Shown: positions 1 through 8,618 of the stretch, piece after piece | Numbering within the stretch: the stretch's first letter is position 1 | Layout of the letters: each line of letters starts with the position of its first letter | IMG/VR virus record: IMGVR_UViG_3300001765_000143 | Direction: 5' to 3' (one strand) | From: a virus | Length of the DNA: 55,575 nt | The notes under the pieces: generated by a model | What the model was told of the DNA's origin: nothing | Databases searched by the model: none | Seen by the model: the letters and a program-made list of their open reading frames with translations, nothing else | Translations under genes and position numbers: made by a program

Positions 1-78
1 AGGACTCTATGATTACTATTGAAATGGAAGATCCACAATATGTTGTTGCTACTGATATAAGTGGCTCTCCGACAAGAT
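1..78. repeat. Terminal overlap copy 1: identical to 55498-55575, marking circular closure (unit length 55497 bp)
   Basis: Read directly: both copies are aggactctatgattactattgaaatggaagatccacaatatgttgttgctactgatataagtggctctccgacaagat. Confidence 0.95.
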
Positions 79-353
79 TTAAAACAAACAAGGCTCTTGC
101 GAAAGTAACTATCAGACTTACTCAAACGTCTCCCTCAAATGATTTACTAAGTAGTTATGTTGAGCTAGATAGAATCAGTAATGCAGGTGTTTTTCCGTTG
201 ATGATAAAAGATAATAACGGTACTTCTTTGTTTACTAGTACGGCAGCTTTTGTTGAGCAAGTGCCAAGCGTTGAGTTTGCTAATGAAAACAAAAACCGTG
301 AATGGGTTATTAAAGCCACTAATGTAGCCAAATTTATCGGAGGTCTTAAATGA
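1..353 (+). CDS. Tail tube protein (DUF3277-like), 3' part; the ORF starts at 55425 and crosses the circular junction
   Basis: The frame is continuous with the ATG at 55425 (55425-55497 = -72, same phase as 9). Joined protein MAIKVYDPTQVGVIVGTSPINGFAEDSMITIEMEDPQYVVATD...TIRLTQTSPSNDLLS lies directly after a DUF3383-like sheath gene. Confidence 0.75.
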   Translation, partial: DSMITIEMEDPQYVVATDISGSPTRFKTNKALAKVTIRLTQTSPSNDLLSSYVELDRISNAGVFPLMIKDNNGTSLFTSTAAFVEQVPSVEFANENKNREWVIKATNVAKFIGGLK

Positions 354-724
354 TGACAAAAACAGAAACCAAAGAGATTATGGGTCATAAGTATATTAGT
401 ACCTTATTCCCAGCCATGCAAGGGTATATGCTGGCTAGAAAATTACTTGATATTTTTATCAGTAAAGAACCTATCGCAAAATTATGCGAAGTAGATAAAA
501 ACGGAGAGCTTATACTTGAACTACTTAGCAATACCTTAAGAGACGACCAAGTCATTAATGCTGGAAGTTTTAATAGTATCTATACGGGCAATTACAAGGA
601 AATGATGGGGGCTTTGACATTTGTGTTTGAGGTAAACTTCAAAGATTTTTTAGCGGTAAGCGATACTGGCGAAGGTCTCAATCCCCTCGCGGAAATGATG
701 GCAACAGTATCGCAGAAAGGTTAG
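350..724 (+). CDS. Tail assembly chaperone (short, G-like form)
   Basis: 124-aa ORF between the tube and tape measure genes; its start overlaps the tube stop (aaATGAtg). Confidence 0.6.
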   Translation: MMTKTETKEIMGHKYISTLFPAMQGYMLARKLLDIFISKEPIAKLCEVDKNGELILELLSNTLRDDQVINAGSFNSIYTGNYKEMMGALTFVFEVNFKDFLAVSDTGEGLNPLAEMMATVSQKG

Positions 725-891
725 ATTCGTCTTTAAGCGAAGAATTATTTTTATGGAGACCGGTACTGGAAAAAGTTGTTACTTATACCGAAATTTGCTC
801 CGTTCTATCTTTAAGTGATGTTATGAAGATTAACGATCTATTGGATATGAAAAATGACCTAGAACAAGAGTCTTATCAAAAGAGTAAATAA
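350..891 (+). CDS. Tail assembly chaperone, -1 frameshift extended form (G-T analogue)
   Basis: The -1 frame after 646-652 reads ...FFSGKRYWRRSQSPRGNDGNSIAERLDSSLSEELFLWRPVLEKVVTYTEICSVLSLSDVMKINDLLDMKNDLEQESYQKSK and stops at 889-891, abutting the tape measure ATG at 892. Confidence 0.5.
646..652 (+). promoter_or_regulatory. -1 programmed ribosomal frameshift slippery heptamer T TTT TTA
   Basis: X XXY YYZ heptamer is in phase with ORF 350-724 (codons GAT TTT TTA). The -1 frame is open from 631 to the stop at 889-891. Confidence 0.55.
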
Positions 892-2505
892 ATGATAGCA
901 AGAGAATTATTAGTAAAACTAGGCTTTGATATTGATAGCACTAAATTGGATAAATTTAATGCATCTATTGATGCTACTAAAAACAAAATGCAGGCTATCA
1001 GAAATAGTAGTTTGCAGGGTATTTCTTCCGCAGGGGGAAGTAAATTAGCAAATGCTATTTCTCCCGAGGCAAATAATCGTGTTTCAATTCTCAAAAATTA
1101 TAATGACGAATTAGCCTCGTTATCAAAAAGCGAAAGAGCAGATGTTTTAGCCTTAAACAGGATAGAGAATCAAGCTATCAAGGAAACCACTAAAATAGAA
1201 AAAGCCGAATTAAAAGAACGTCAAAGACTAACTAGAGAAGCGTTTCGAGAAAAACAAAACTTACAAAAATCAGAAGAAACTGGTTTTAAAACTTCTATGG
1301 TGTCTATGTCCTCGGTAGCACGGAAGTTTGCTATTTTAGGAGCTTCAATTACCGCTGGATTTGGTTTAAGTCTGCGATCAACATTAAAGGATGTGGCTAA
1401 TTTTAAAGAAGGTAAGAGTTCAAGTAGTTTTGATAAGAGTCAAATAGCTACTGTTGACTCTTTCGATAGGAGTTTAAATACAACTGGGTCGCTAGTTGCT
1501 AATTTAAGAAATAGTTTTGTAGTGGATATGCTACCAGCTATTAAGGAAATATTAGATATTTTTAATAAATGGCTAACTGAAAATAAAGTTCGTATATTAA
1601 AAAAATTAACAGAAACAGCAGAGGCCATAACAGAAGCTTTTAAAATGCTAAAGATAATACTCTCTCCTGTTTTATCTGCATTTGATTATCTTATTGAAAA
1701 GACTGTTGGTTGGAAAACCCTTATTAAATCTGTGATTGTTTTAGGTGCATCTGCGTGGTTTATGAGATTGGCAGGATCAATATTTATGGTAGCCAGAGCA
1801 TTTAAAACGTTAATGGGAGCAACCGTAATAGGCGGATTTATTTCAAGTTTCAAAACAATCAGAGCTATAGGGATGGTGGGGTGGTTTAAAAGTCTCGCTG
1901 GTCCTATGTTAAGGGTTGCAAATGGTTTTAAGAATTTTCTAAGAGTAAATCTTGTTACAGCTGCTTTGGGTTTGCTTATTGAAGAAATATATCTCACTAT
2001 ACAAGGTGGGGATACTTTGATAAATCGTTTTTTAGAAAGTGAGGCTTGGGATTCCGCTAAAACTAAAATAAAAGGAATAACTGACTCACTAAAAAAAATG
2101 GCCAAAGCTATGGGCATGAGTCAAAAAACCGAGTTTGCTCAGAGAAAGGAGAAAGAAAGGTTATTAAACTACCAGAATAGTGACGGTAAGTTTGGTGAAG
2201 GCAATGTAAAAGTAATTACTTTAGAGAAAAGTTTATTGGGTGCTCCGTTTAAACCGAAACCTGGTTTTAAACCATTATCATTTCCTGAATATGACCCTTT
2301 TGATAGAGGGAGGGATTATATTAGAAACAAGAGTCAACCTAAAGAAAATAATATTAATAATAAAAATTCTGTTGTTTTTAATACGACTGTTAACGTCCCT
2401 GCAGGGACTAATCAAGATCAAGTGTTTAATATTGAAAAAATAGTAAAGAGTCAGCTAGAAAAACAGCAAGAACAACTCTTAGCTACAATTGGGAGTTATA
2501 GGTAA
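892..2505 (+). CDS. Tail tape measure protein
   Basis: 537 aa, immediately after the chaperone pair. Coiled-coil N-terminus and central hydrophobic Gly/Ala-rich segments (AILGASITAGFGLSL, VIVLGASAWFMRLAGSIFMVARAF). Confidence 0.8.
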   Translation: MIARELLVKLGFDIDSTKLDKFNASIDATKNKMQAIRNSSLQGISSAGGSKLANAISPEANNRVSILKNYNDELASLSKSERADVLALNRIENQAIKETTKIEKAELKERQRLTREAFREKQNLQKSEETGFKTSMVSMSSVARKFAILGASITAGFGLSLRSTLKDVANFKEGKSSSSFDKSQIATVDSFDRSLNTTGSLVANLRNSFVVDMLPAIKEILDIFNKWLTENKVRILKKLTETAEAITEAFKMLKIILSPVLSAFDYLIEKTVGWKTLIKSVIVLGASAWFMRLAGSIFMVARAFKTLMGATVIGGFISSFKTIRAIGMVGWFKSLAGPMLRVANGFKNFLRVNLVTAALGLLIEEIYLTIQGGDTLINRFLESEAWDSAKTKIKGITDSLKKMAKAMGMSQKTEFAQRKEKERLLNYQNSDGKFGEGNVKVITLEKSLLGAPFKPKPGFKPLSFPEYDPFDRGRDYIRNKSQPKENNINNKNSVVFNTTVNVPAGTNQDQVFNIEKIVKSQLEKQQEQLLATIGSYR

Positions 2506-2507
2506 TC

Positions 2508-3248
2508 ATGGCTTCTATTATTGCCCCGCTATTCAAAGCATCAGCCTTCTTTGGTCAAGCTAGCTCTTTATTTAAAGGAGAGACTAAAACTAAAATAGGT
2601 GATCTAGTAATCGATGTATGTACCAAAGAAAATATAAAGTTTAGCTCGACAGTTACTGAGCATCCACTAGAGACCAAAGAGTCGGTTAATGATCATATCT
2701 ATAAAAATCCTCGTAAATTAAGGATTGAGGGATTTATTACAGATTCGCCGCTCCGAGTTTTCGGTTTTATTGAAACCCCTTTACAAAAAAATTCAGTATC
2801 TAGTTTAATTAATAACGTAAAATCATCACTTCCTTTTAATCAGGATGCAAAACCTAGCGTTCTAGCTTATCAGTTGCTCGATCAGCTTTGGCAAGATAGG
2901 GCATTAATTACGGTTGTAACTAGTTTAGACTCTTTTACAAACATGACTATTACCGATTTAGATTCAAACAAAGACCCTGATACGGGAGGTCGTTTTGAGT
3001 TTGTGGTCGAGTTAACTCAACTACAATTCGCCAATGTAACGACTACTAGTAATAATAATTTCAAGAGTACTGCTATTAAATCCATTGCAAGTCCTAAAGA
3101 TCATGTGGGAATAGTAGATAAACCTAAGAGTACGAGTGCTAAAGCTGTAGATTGGATTGCTGAAAAGGGGAAATCTGCTATAAAATTTATAGCCCCTACT
3201 AAGGAAGAATTAAAGAATCCAGGTAATTTGCCTGGTGCTTATATGTGA
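2508..3248 (+). CDS. Tail protein of unknown role (post-tape-measure position)
   Basis: 246-aa ORF starting 3 nt after the tape measure stop; assigned by position only. Confidence 0.4.
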   Translation: MASIIAPLFKASAFFGQASSLFKGETKTKIGDLVIDVCTKENIKFSSTVTEHPLETKESVNDHIYKNPRKLRIEGFITDSPLRVFGFIETPLQKNSVSSLINNVKSSLPFNQDAKPSVLAYQLLDQLWQDRALITVVTSLDSFTNMTITDLDSNKDPDTGGRFEFVVELTQLQFANVTTTSNNNFKSTAIKSIASPKDHVGIVDKPKSTSAKAVDWIAEKGKSAIKFIAPTKEELKNPGNLPGAYM

Positions 3249-3255
3249 GATTATT

Positions 3256-3375
3256 ATGTTATATGATATAGTTTGCCTTATATTAGGGTTAATTTTTACA
3301 ACTCAAATATACAACTTTATCCATACCGGATTTTGGATAAAAAACTATAAAAAAATGATTAGTATTATGTTTTAA
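3256..3375 (+). CDS. Possible 39-aa membrane peptide (below the ORF-track cutoff)
   Basis: Hand translation MLYDIVCLILGLIFTTQIYNFIHTGFWIKNYKKMISIMF inside the 280-bp gap in the tail operon; no clear SD. Confidence 0.2.
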   Translation: MLYDIVCLILGLIFTTQIYNFIHTGFWIKNYKKMISIMF

Positions 3376-3528
3376 AAGAATAGTCTTGTTATTGATTTTA
3401 ATTTTAATAAATAAAATATTGGTTAGTTCTAAAATAGATATTTTTTTGGTTATAAGAGACTTAACTAATCAATCATATGTAGTGAATAAAATGTTAGATA
3501 ATATTGCCAAGTAAAATTTACGTGAGTT

Positions 3529-3879
3529 ATGAGTACAGAAAAAGAACTTAATTATATTCCGTGGTTTGACTCTGATAGCTTTAGACTCAAGGTTATTCTA
3601 GGAGATGAAGATATTTATTACAATTTGGATGCGCAGTATAATATTAGGGGTTCTCATTGGTCGGTTACAATCACGACAGAAAGTGAATTAGTCCTAATAC
3701 AAAATAGAAAGTTAGTAATCGGAGTTGATTTATTTGAAAATTGCTACCATAAGCTAAAACCAAGCTGCTTCCTTTTTCCTTTAACTGACGACGATAGAAT
3801 TACCGCGATCACTCGTGATAATATGATCAACGGCAATGTAAAACTTTTTCAGGTTTTGCAAAGCGATATAGAGGTATAG
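3529..3879 (+). CDS. Baseplate/tail assembly protein (small, pre-hub)
   Basis: 116 aa, position upstream of the hub-like gene; motif HWSVTITTESELVLIQNRKLVIGVDLF resembles small baseplate proteins. Confidence 0.4.
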   Translation: MSTEKELNYIPWFDSDSFRLKVILGDEDIYYNLDAQYNIRGSHWSVTITTESELVLIQNRKLVIGVDLFENCYHKLKPSCFLFPLTDDDRITAITRDNMINGNVKLFQVLQSDIEV

Positions 3880-3882
3880 TTC

Positions 3883-4743
3883 ATGTTATATTTCGATAGA
3901 GTATGTAGGGTTATCATTGAGGGTGCTAAGCTGATCACCATTGAAAACGCTAAGATACAATTTGAGATTATAAAATCAAAGAATGCCAAGGAAAATACGG
4001 CAAAGCTTGAGATTTATAACCTTGCTCCTGTAACCCGCAAGCTAATTACCGAGCAAGAAGCCTTAGTTAGAATCTTTGCAGGTTATGCTCAAAATAAGGG
4101 TCTAATAGAAATAGGACAGGGCGATATCTCTAAGATAAAGCATAACAGAGACAAGACTGAGGTGGTTACTGAGATCTACATGGCTGAGGGCTTGAGAATA
4201 TTTAGAGATAACCCCATAAGTATTAGTTTTTCAAGCGAGTCTAAACTTAAACTCGCAGATGTATTAGATACCATACGAACAAAAAGTAATAATAAATATA
4301 GTTTTAGACTCATAGATGTTGATGAGAGCAAGACTATTGAGAACGGCTATTCTGACCTCGGGTCTCTTGATCAAATACTTAATAATTTAGCTATCCAATT
4401 TGGATTTGGGTGGTCGGTACAGAATAAGATTATTACTATCAAGGGAACTAAGAAATCGCTTAGCTCTGAAATTATGTTACTCACTCCTAAAAATGGCTTA
4501 ATCCTTCACCCAGAATCTGTAAAACAAGTCTCTAGGAGGCTGGAAAAATCCAGTATTACTAAACAAGAGCGGAAGATAAACTCGGTGCAGGCATTACTAC
4601 AACCTCATTTACAAGTTCATGATATTATCGCTATCCAAAGTCAAGACTTGAACGGAAAGTACGAGATACAGAAAATAACTCATAAGGGTGATACTAGAGG
4701 TAATGATTGGTATAGCGACATGGAAGTAATCTCATTGAATTAA
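3883..4743 (+). CDS. Baseplate hub-like protein (XkdQ / late-control-D-like)
   Basis: N-terminal pattern CRVIIEGAKLITIENAKIQFEIIKSKNAKENTAKLEIYNLAPVTRKLI...VRIFAGYAQN is typical of hub proteins; position before the spike. Confidence 0.5.
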   Translation: MLYFDRVCRVIIEGAKLITIENAKIQFEIIKSKNAKENTAKLEIYNLAPVTRKLITEQEALVRIFAGYAQNKGLIEIGQGDISKIKHNRDKTEVVTEIYMAEGLRIFRDNPISISFSSESKLKLADVLDTIRTKSNNKYSFRLIDVDESKTIENGYSDLGSLDQILNNLAIQFGFGWSVQNKIITIKGTKKSLSSEIMLLTPKNGLILHPESVKQVSRRLEKSSITKQERKINSVQALLQPHLQVHDIIAIQSQDLNGKYEIQKITHKGDTRGNDWYSDMEVISLN

Positions 4744-4753
4744 AAGGGAAAGA

Positions 4754-5740
4754 ATGAGTAAAGGACAAGCGGAAGTTATTAATGATTTGATGCGGAAGAT
4801 ATCAGACTCCATGAGGGTGGCTATGCCAGCTTCCATCGAGAGCTACGATTTTAAAACACAAAAAGCGGATATAAAGATTGATATGCAAGAGTTATATCAC
4901 AATGGAACAAGCTTAGAATACCCAGTATTATCTGGCGTGCCAGTAATCTTCCCTAGATGCGGTGGTGCTTCAATTACTATGCCTATTGTTAGAGGTGACA
5001 CTTGCTTAGTTATGTTTTTAGATCGTGATAGTACTGCGTGGCTACTGGGCGGTAAGAACTTGAAGCCAAAGAGTATGAGAAGCCATCATTTAAGTGATGC
5101 CGTAGCTATTATGGGCCTCTGTCCTTTTACCAATAAAAGCCCAGCTAAAAATAATACTGATATGCTTATTAGCTTCGATGGTTCAGAAGTTGTATTAAGG
5201 CCGAAAGGAATTATTGATATTACCTCAGCTAAAGAAATAAACGTCAAAACCGAAAGAGTAATAATCAATTGCAAGACTGCTCTTATAAAATCTGAGGAAA
5301 CAGTAGCCGTAGAATGCAAATCGGCTAGCGTCAAAGCTGAAGAAAATATTGCAATTGAATGCAAAATGGCTAATATTAAGGCAACTGAAATTTTAAATGT
5401 TGAATGCAAAACTTTAACTGCAAAAGTTAGTGAGTCTGCATCGGTAGAATGCCAAAATGCTAGTATTAAAGCGACTGGTACTATTAATACAGAAACACCT
5501 AATTTTACTCAAAAAGGTAACATGAAGATAGATGGTATGCTTGAGGTAACTGGTACTAGCTTGCTGACAGGTAAATTAACCAGTCAAAATGGTATAGAGA
5601 ACAGCGGTGCTAACTTAATATCTAATGGGAAAGTGCTTGAGACACATACTCATACATATCAAGATGTTACGACCGTTGTTGCTCCAGATGGTCCATGCAG
5701 CGTTACTAAAGTACCAACGAATTCAGGTCAAACAAATTAA
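4754..5740 (+). CDS. Baseplate spike (gpV / gp138-like) with beta-helical repeat
   Basis: N-terminal OB-like region (PASIESYDFKTQKADIKIDMQ...GVPVIFPR). About 16-aa repeats VAVECKSASVKAEENI / AIECKMANIKATEILN / VECKTLTAKVSESAS / VECQNASIKATGTIN at ~5290-5480. Confidence 0.65.
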   Translation: MSKGQAEVINDLMRKISDSMRVAMPASIESYDFKTQKADIKIDMQELYHNGTSLEYPVLSGVPVIFPRCGGASITMPIVRGDTCLVMFLDRDSTAWLLGGKNLKPKSMRSHHLSDAVAIMGLCPFTNKSPAKNNTDMLISFDGSEVVLRPKGIIDITSAKEINVKTERVIINCKTALIKSEETVAVECKSASVKAEENIAIECKMANIKATEILNVECKTLTAKVSESASVECQNASIKATGTINTETPNFTQKGNMKIDGMLEVTGTSLLTGKLTSQNGIENSGANLISNGKVLETHTHTYQDVTTVVAPDGPCSVTKVPTNSGQTN

Positions 5741-5747
5741 AAATATT

Positions 5748-6104
5748 ATGTTTAAAAAAGACTTATTACTATCTGATAGCCATGATTTAGCAATTATAGA
5801 TTTTGATCTTCAATTGACAAGTGACCAGCAAGCTGTTGCCCAGAGAGTCAAGCAGGCATTGCTCTTATTTAAAGGTGAATGGTTTTTAGATCGAGATTTA
5901 GGCGTACCTTATTATGAAGATATACTAGGTACTAAAAATTCAATTGATACTGTTCGCGGCGTATTTGTAAATGCCATTCGAGCGGTTGATGGAGTCAAAG
6001 ATCTAACAGAGTTCAATATAGAGTTTGATGATGCTACTAGAACTCTTAGCATTAAACTAACTATTATTGATGATTTAAGTAATGAGATAAATATTGAATT
6101 ATGA
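5748..6104 (+). CDS. Baseplate wedge protein (gpW/gp25-like or DUF2634-like)
   Basis: An in-frame ATG at 5748 gives MFKKDLLLSDSHDLAIIDFDLQL...QRVKQALLLFKGEWFLDRDLGVPYY. The track start at 5625 lies inside the spike gene. Confidence 0.6.
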   Translation: MFKKDLLLSDSHDLAIIDFDLQLTSDQQAVAQRVKQALLLFKGEWFLDRDLGVPYYEDILGTKNSIDTVRGVFVNAIRAVDGVKDLTEFNIEFDDATRTLSIKLTIIDDLSNEINIEL

Positions 6105-7531
6105 GCAAACAATACGGATTAACGCCAGAAGGATATAAGACTAAGCCCTTTGATATTATGGTTAAGGAAGTAGAGGAGGCTTTGACAGCTTCACTTGGGA
6201 GCATTAATCTAACTCCTCCTTCTGTATTTTCTGTTTTAATAAATACCTTTTTAATAGAAGTCGCTAAAATTGATTTAAAAGGCGAGGAATTATATAATGC
6301 AAGCTATCCAAATACGGCAACTGGGTACAGTTTAGACGGCATAGCTGATTATAATGGTATAAAGAGACTATCAGCTACTTATTCAACCGTTACAGCTCAA
6401 GTAAGTGCGATTAACTACACTACTATTCCAGAGGGTAGTGAAGTCTTAATAGAAAACACAAATAATATTTTGTTGTTCCCGAGTACTATTACAGTTAATA
6501 ACGAGCAATGCAATTCTATAGTACTTGAGGTGATAGATAATACGCTTCCTGAATATAAAATAATAATAAATAATATCGAATATACCTATGAAAAGCAGCT
6601 TTTAGAAACTACTGTGGATATTGCAGAAGGCTTGAAGTTATTAATTGTCGTAAATACTAGCCTGAGCGTGACTAGGGCAGAGTCTATACTTAACGTAACT
6701 TCAGTTAATTACTTGTCTTTATTTGCTTGTTTTGCTACAGAAGAGATAGAAATTAATAGCTGTACCACTAATGTGGACTTAATTGCAAAAGAAACAGGAG
6801 CAATAGCTGTTCCTGAGAAAAGTGTAACTATTATTCAGACACCTATAGCTGGTTGGATATCGGTTAGTAATCGAGTTGCTGGTTTAACTGGTCGTGATTT
6901 AGAGACTGATATTGAGCTAAGAGCCAGAAGAATAAAATCAATAAAATTCTCTGGCAGTGGAACTGTGGAAGCTATGAGAGCTAGACTACTCAATATAACA
7001 GGTGTAACTTCGGTAAAAATACTTGAGAATGTTACAGATGCGATTGATGTAAATGGGCTACCTCCCAAAAGTTTTGAAGCACTAGTCTTAGGCGGAGCAG
7101 ACTTGGATGTTGCTAAGATGATCTGGCTTGCAAAACCAGCTGGCATAAAAACTTATGGAAATACAGAAATAACTATACTTGATTCAGAAGGTAATAACCA
7201 AATTGTATATTTTTCTAGGTCAATAAAAGTCTATGTCTTTGCTAAAGTAATAATTACAAAAAACAGTGATTTTATTCCTGATTCTATTCCTGCTATAAAG
7301 CAAAATATCGTCAATCAAATATTAAAGGTTGGACTAGGTGAGCCAGTAATATACCAATCTCTCTTTGCAGGGGTTTATGCTGTGGATGGTATTACTAATG
7401 CAAGCATAACAATAGGGGGAACTCTTATAGAGACCGATATACCTGCTCTTGTAGCTGAAAACATAATAGTCTTGCCGTCTCAAATAGTAACAACTGATAT
7501 TAATAAAATCACGATTGAGGTATTAGTGTGA
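6101..7531 (+). CDS. Baseplate J-like protein
   Basis: 476 aa, ATGA overlap with the upstream gene; size and position after the W-like gene. Confidence 0.65.
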   Translation: MSKQYGLTPEGYKTKPFDIMVKEVEEALTASLGSINLTPPSVFSVLINTFLIEVAKIDLKGEELYNASYPNTATGYSLDGIADYNGIKRLSATYSTVTAQVSAINYTTIPEGSEVLIENTNNILLFPSTITVNNEQCNSIVLEVIDNTLPEYKIIINNIEYTYEKQLLETTVDIAEGLKLLIVVNTSLSVTRAESILNVTSVNYLSLFACFATEEIEINSCTTNVDLIAKETGAIAVPEKSVTIIQTPIAGWISVSNRVAGLTGRDLETDIELRARRIKSIKFSGSGTVEAMRARLLNITGVTSVKILENVTDAIDVNGLPPKSFEALVLGGADLDVAKMIWLAKPAGIKTYGNTEITILDSEGNNQIVYFSRSIKVYVFAKVIITKNSDFIPDSIPAIKQNIVNQILKVGLGEPVIYQSLFAGVYAVDGITNASITIGGTLIETDIPALVAENIIVLPSQIVTTDINKITIEVLV

Positions 7532-8268
7532 ACACCGAGCCACTACCAGAACCTGAAAATCATTTACAAGCAATCAAGAGCTATGATTTAGAGCAATATA
7601 AAGAGAGTGTTGTTCTATCATCTTTGACCAAAGCTCTGATAACTCAACTGCAACGAGTGGAAGACACTTTTTTAGATTTAGAGTTAAAGAGATTTATCTC
7701 AAGCGCATTTGGTTACACATTAGACCTGATGGGCAGTATTGTTGGGGACTCTCGTAATTTTAAAAACGATAATGATTACCGCACTGCCATTTTGATAAGA
7801 GCCTTGATCAATAACGGCGGCGGCACTCCTGAGGATATCATTTCGGCAATTAGAATACTCTATGCCCCAAGGAAAATAGAATATAGTGAGACATATCCCG
7901 CTAATTTTTGTTTGTTCATACAAGCTAGCAAACTTGTTCCCCCAGCAATAGACCTTGGTTTATTGAATATAAGAAGTTTAATAAACGGGGTAAAACCAAT
8001 GGGCGTGGGTGAATTTATTGTCACAGCTAGTAGCGGGGACAATCTATTTAGATTCAGTGAATCTACCAGCGAATTAGTGAATTTTATTGTAGATTTACCT
8101 CCAGCAGAAAAGCTTGAGGCTAATGAGATTGCTGAAATCTCGGAAGTATTAACAGAAGCAGATACAATATCTTTCTCTATTGGGAGTTTTGGATTTGGAG
8201 AGTTTATATTAACATCAAAAGCCGTAGTTGGCGGCGGAACTTTAGCAGAGGTCATCAATTATGCCTGA
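7528..8268 (+). CDS. Baseplate/tail-fibre adaptor (gpI / DUF2612-like)
   Basis: GTG start overlapping the J stop; motif FGYTLDLMGSIVGDSRNFKND. Confidence 0.5.
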   Translation: MNTEPLPEPENHLQAIKSYDLEQYKESVVLSSLTKALITQLQRVEDTFLDLELKRFISSAFGYTLDLMGSIVGDSRNFKNDNDYRTAILIRALINNGGGTPEDIISAIRILYAPRKIEYSETYPANFCLFIQASKLVPPAIDLGLLNIRSLINGVKPMGVGEFIVTASSGDNLFRFSESTSELVNFIVDLPPAEKLEANEIAEISEVLTEADTISFSIGSFGFGEFILTSKAVVGGGTLAEVINYA

Positions 8269-8617
8269 ACCAGTAAAACCGATATTCCCGAGATGGGCCA
8301 GTTTAGAAATAGAAAACCCCACTAATCATGAGCTTAATGTTTATGAGCCGTCTGAACAAAAAAAAGATTTAGGCTGGGATTTAAACGAAGTACCTCCTAG
8401 GCAACATTTTAATTGGCTAGCTCGTCAAACTAATCAGGTCTTGGAGTATCATGATTATCATCTAAATCGTCCTAAGATTTATACTATTGCTACATTACCG
8501 CCAGCTGTTGATAATATTGCTCAAATAGTATTTGTAAGTGATTCTGGCGGAGGAATACTTGCGTATAGTAACGCCGTGGTATGGAAAAATATAACAACTG
8601 GCAACGTGGTATCATAG
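8261..8617 (+). CDS. Tail fibre-associated protein (fibre N-terminal/collar-like)
   Basis: Motif DLGWDLNEVPPRQHFNWLARQTNQVLEY is typical of fibre N-terminal regions. Confidence 0.45.
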   Translation: MPEPVKPIFPRWASLEIENPTNHELNVYEPSEQKKDLGWDLNEVPPRQHFNWLARQTNQVLEYHDYHLNRPKIYTIATLPPAVDNIAQIVFVSDSGGGILAYSNAVVWKNITTGNVVS

Positions 8618-8618
8618 C

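Noticed and set aside
155-388. Antisense ORFs within structural genes: 155-388, 165-359, 876-1094, 1440-1628, 1686-2117, 5086-5409, 5912-6112, 6835-7146, 7720-7923, 7860-8258, 9437-9670, 10051-10245
   Set aside because: All lie entirely inside longer, family-recognisable genes on the opposite strand and have low-complexity or hydrophobic composition typical of shadow ORFs.
2240-2443. Alternative-frame ORF inside the tape measure gene
   Set aside because: It lies fully within the tape measure coding frame and reads as an Ile/Leu/Lys-rich AT-bias artefact.
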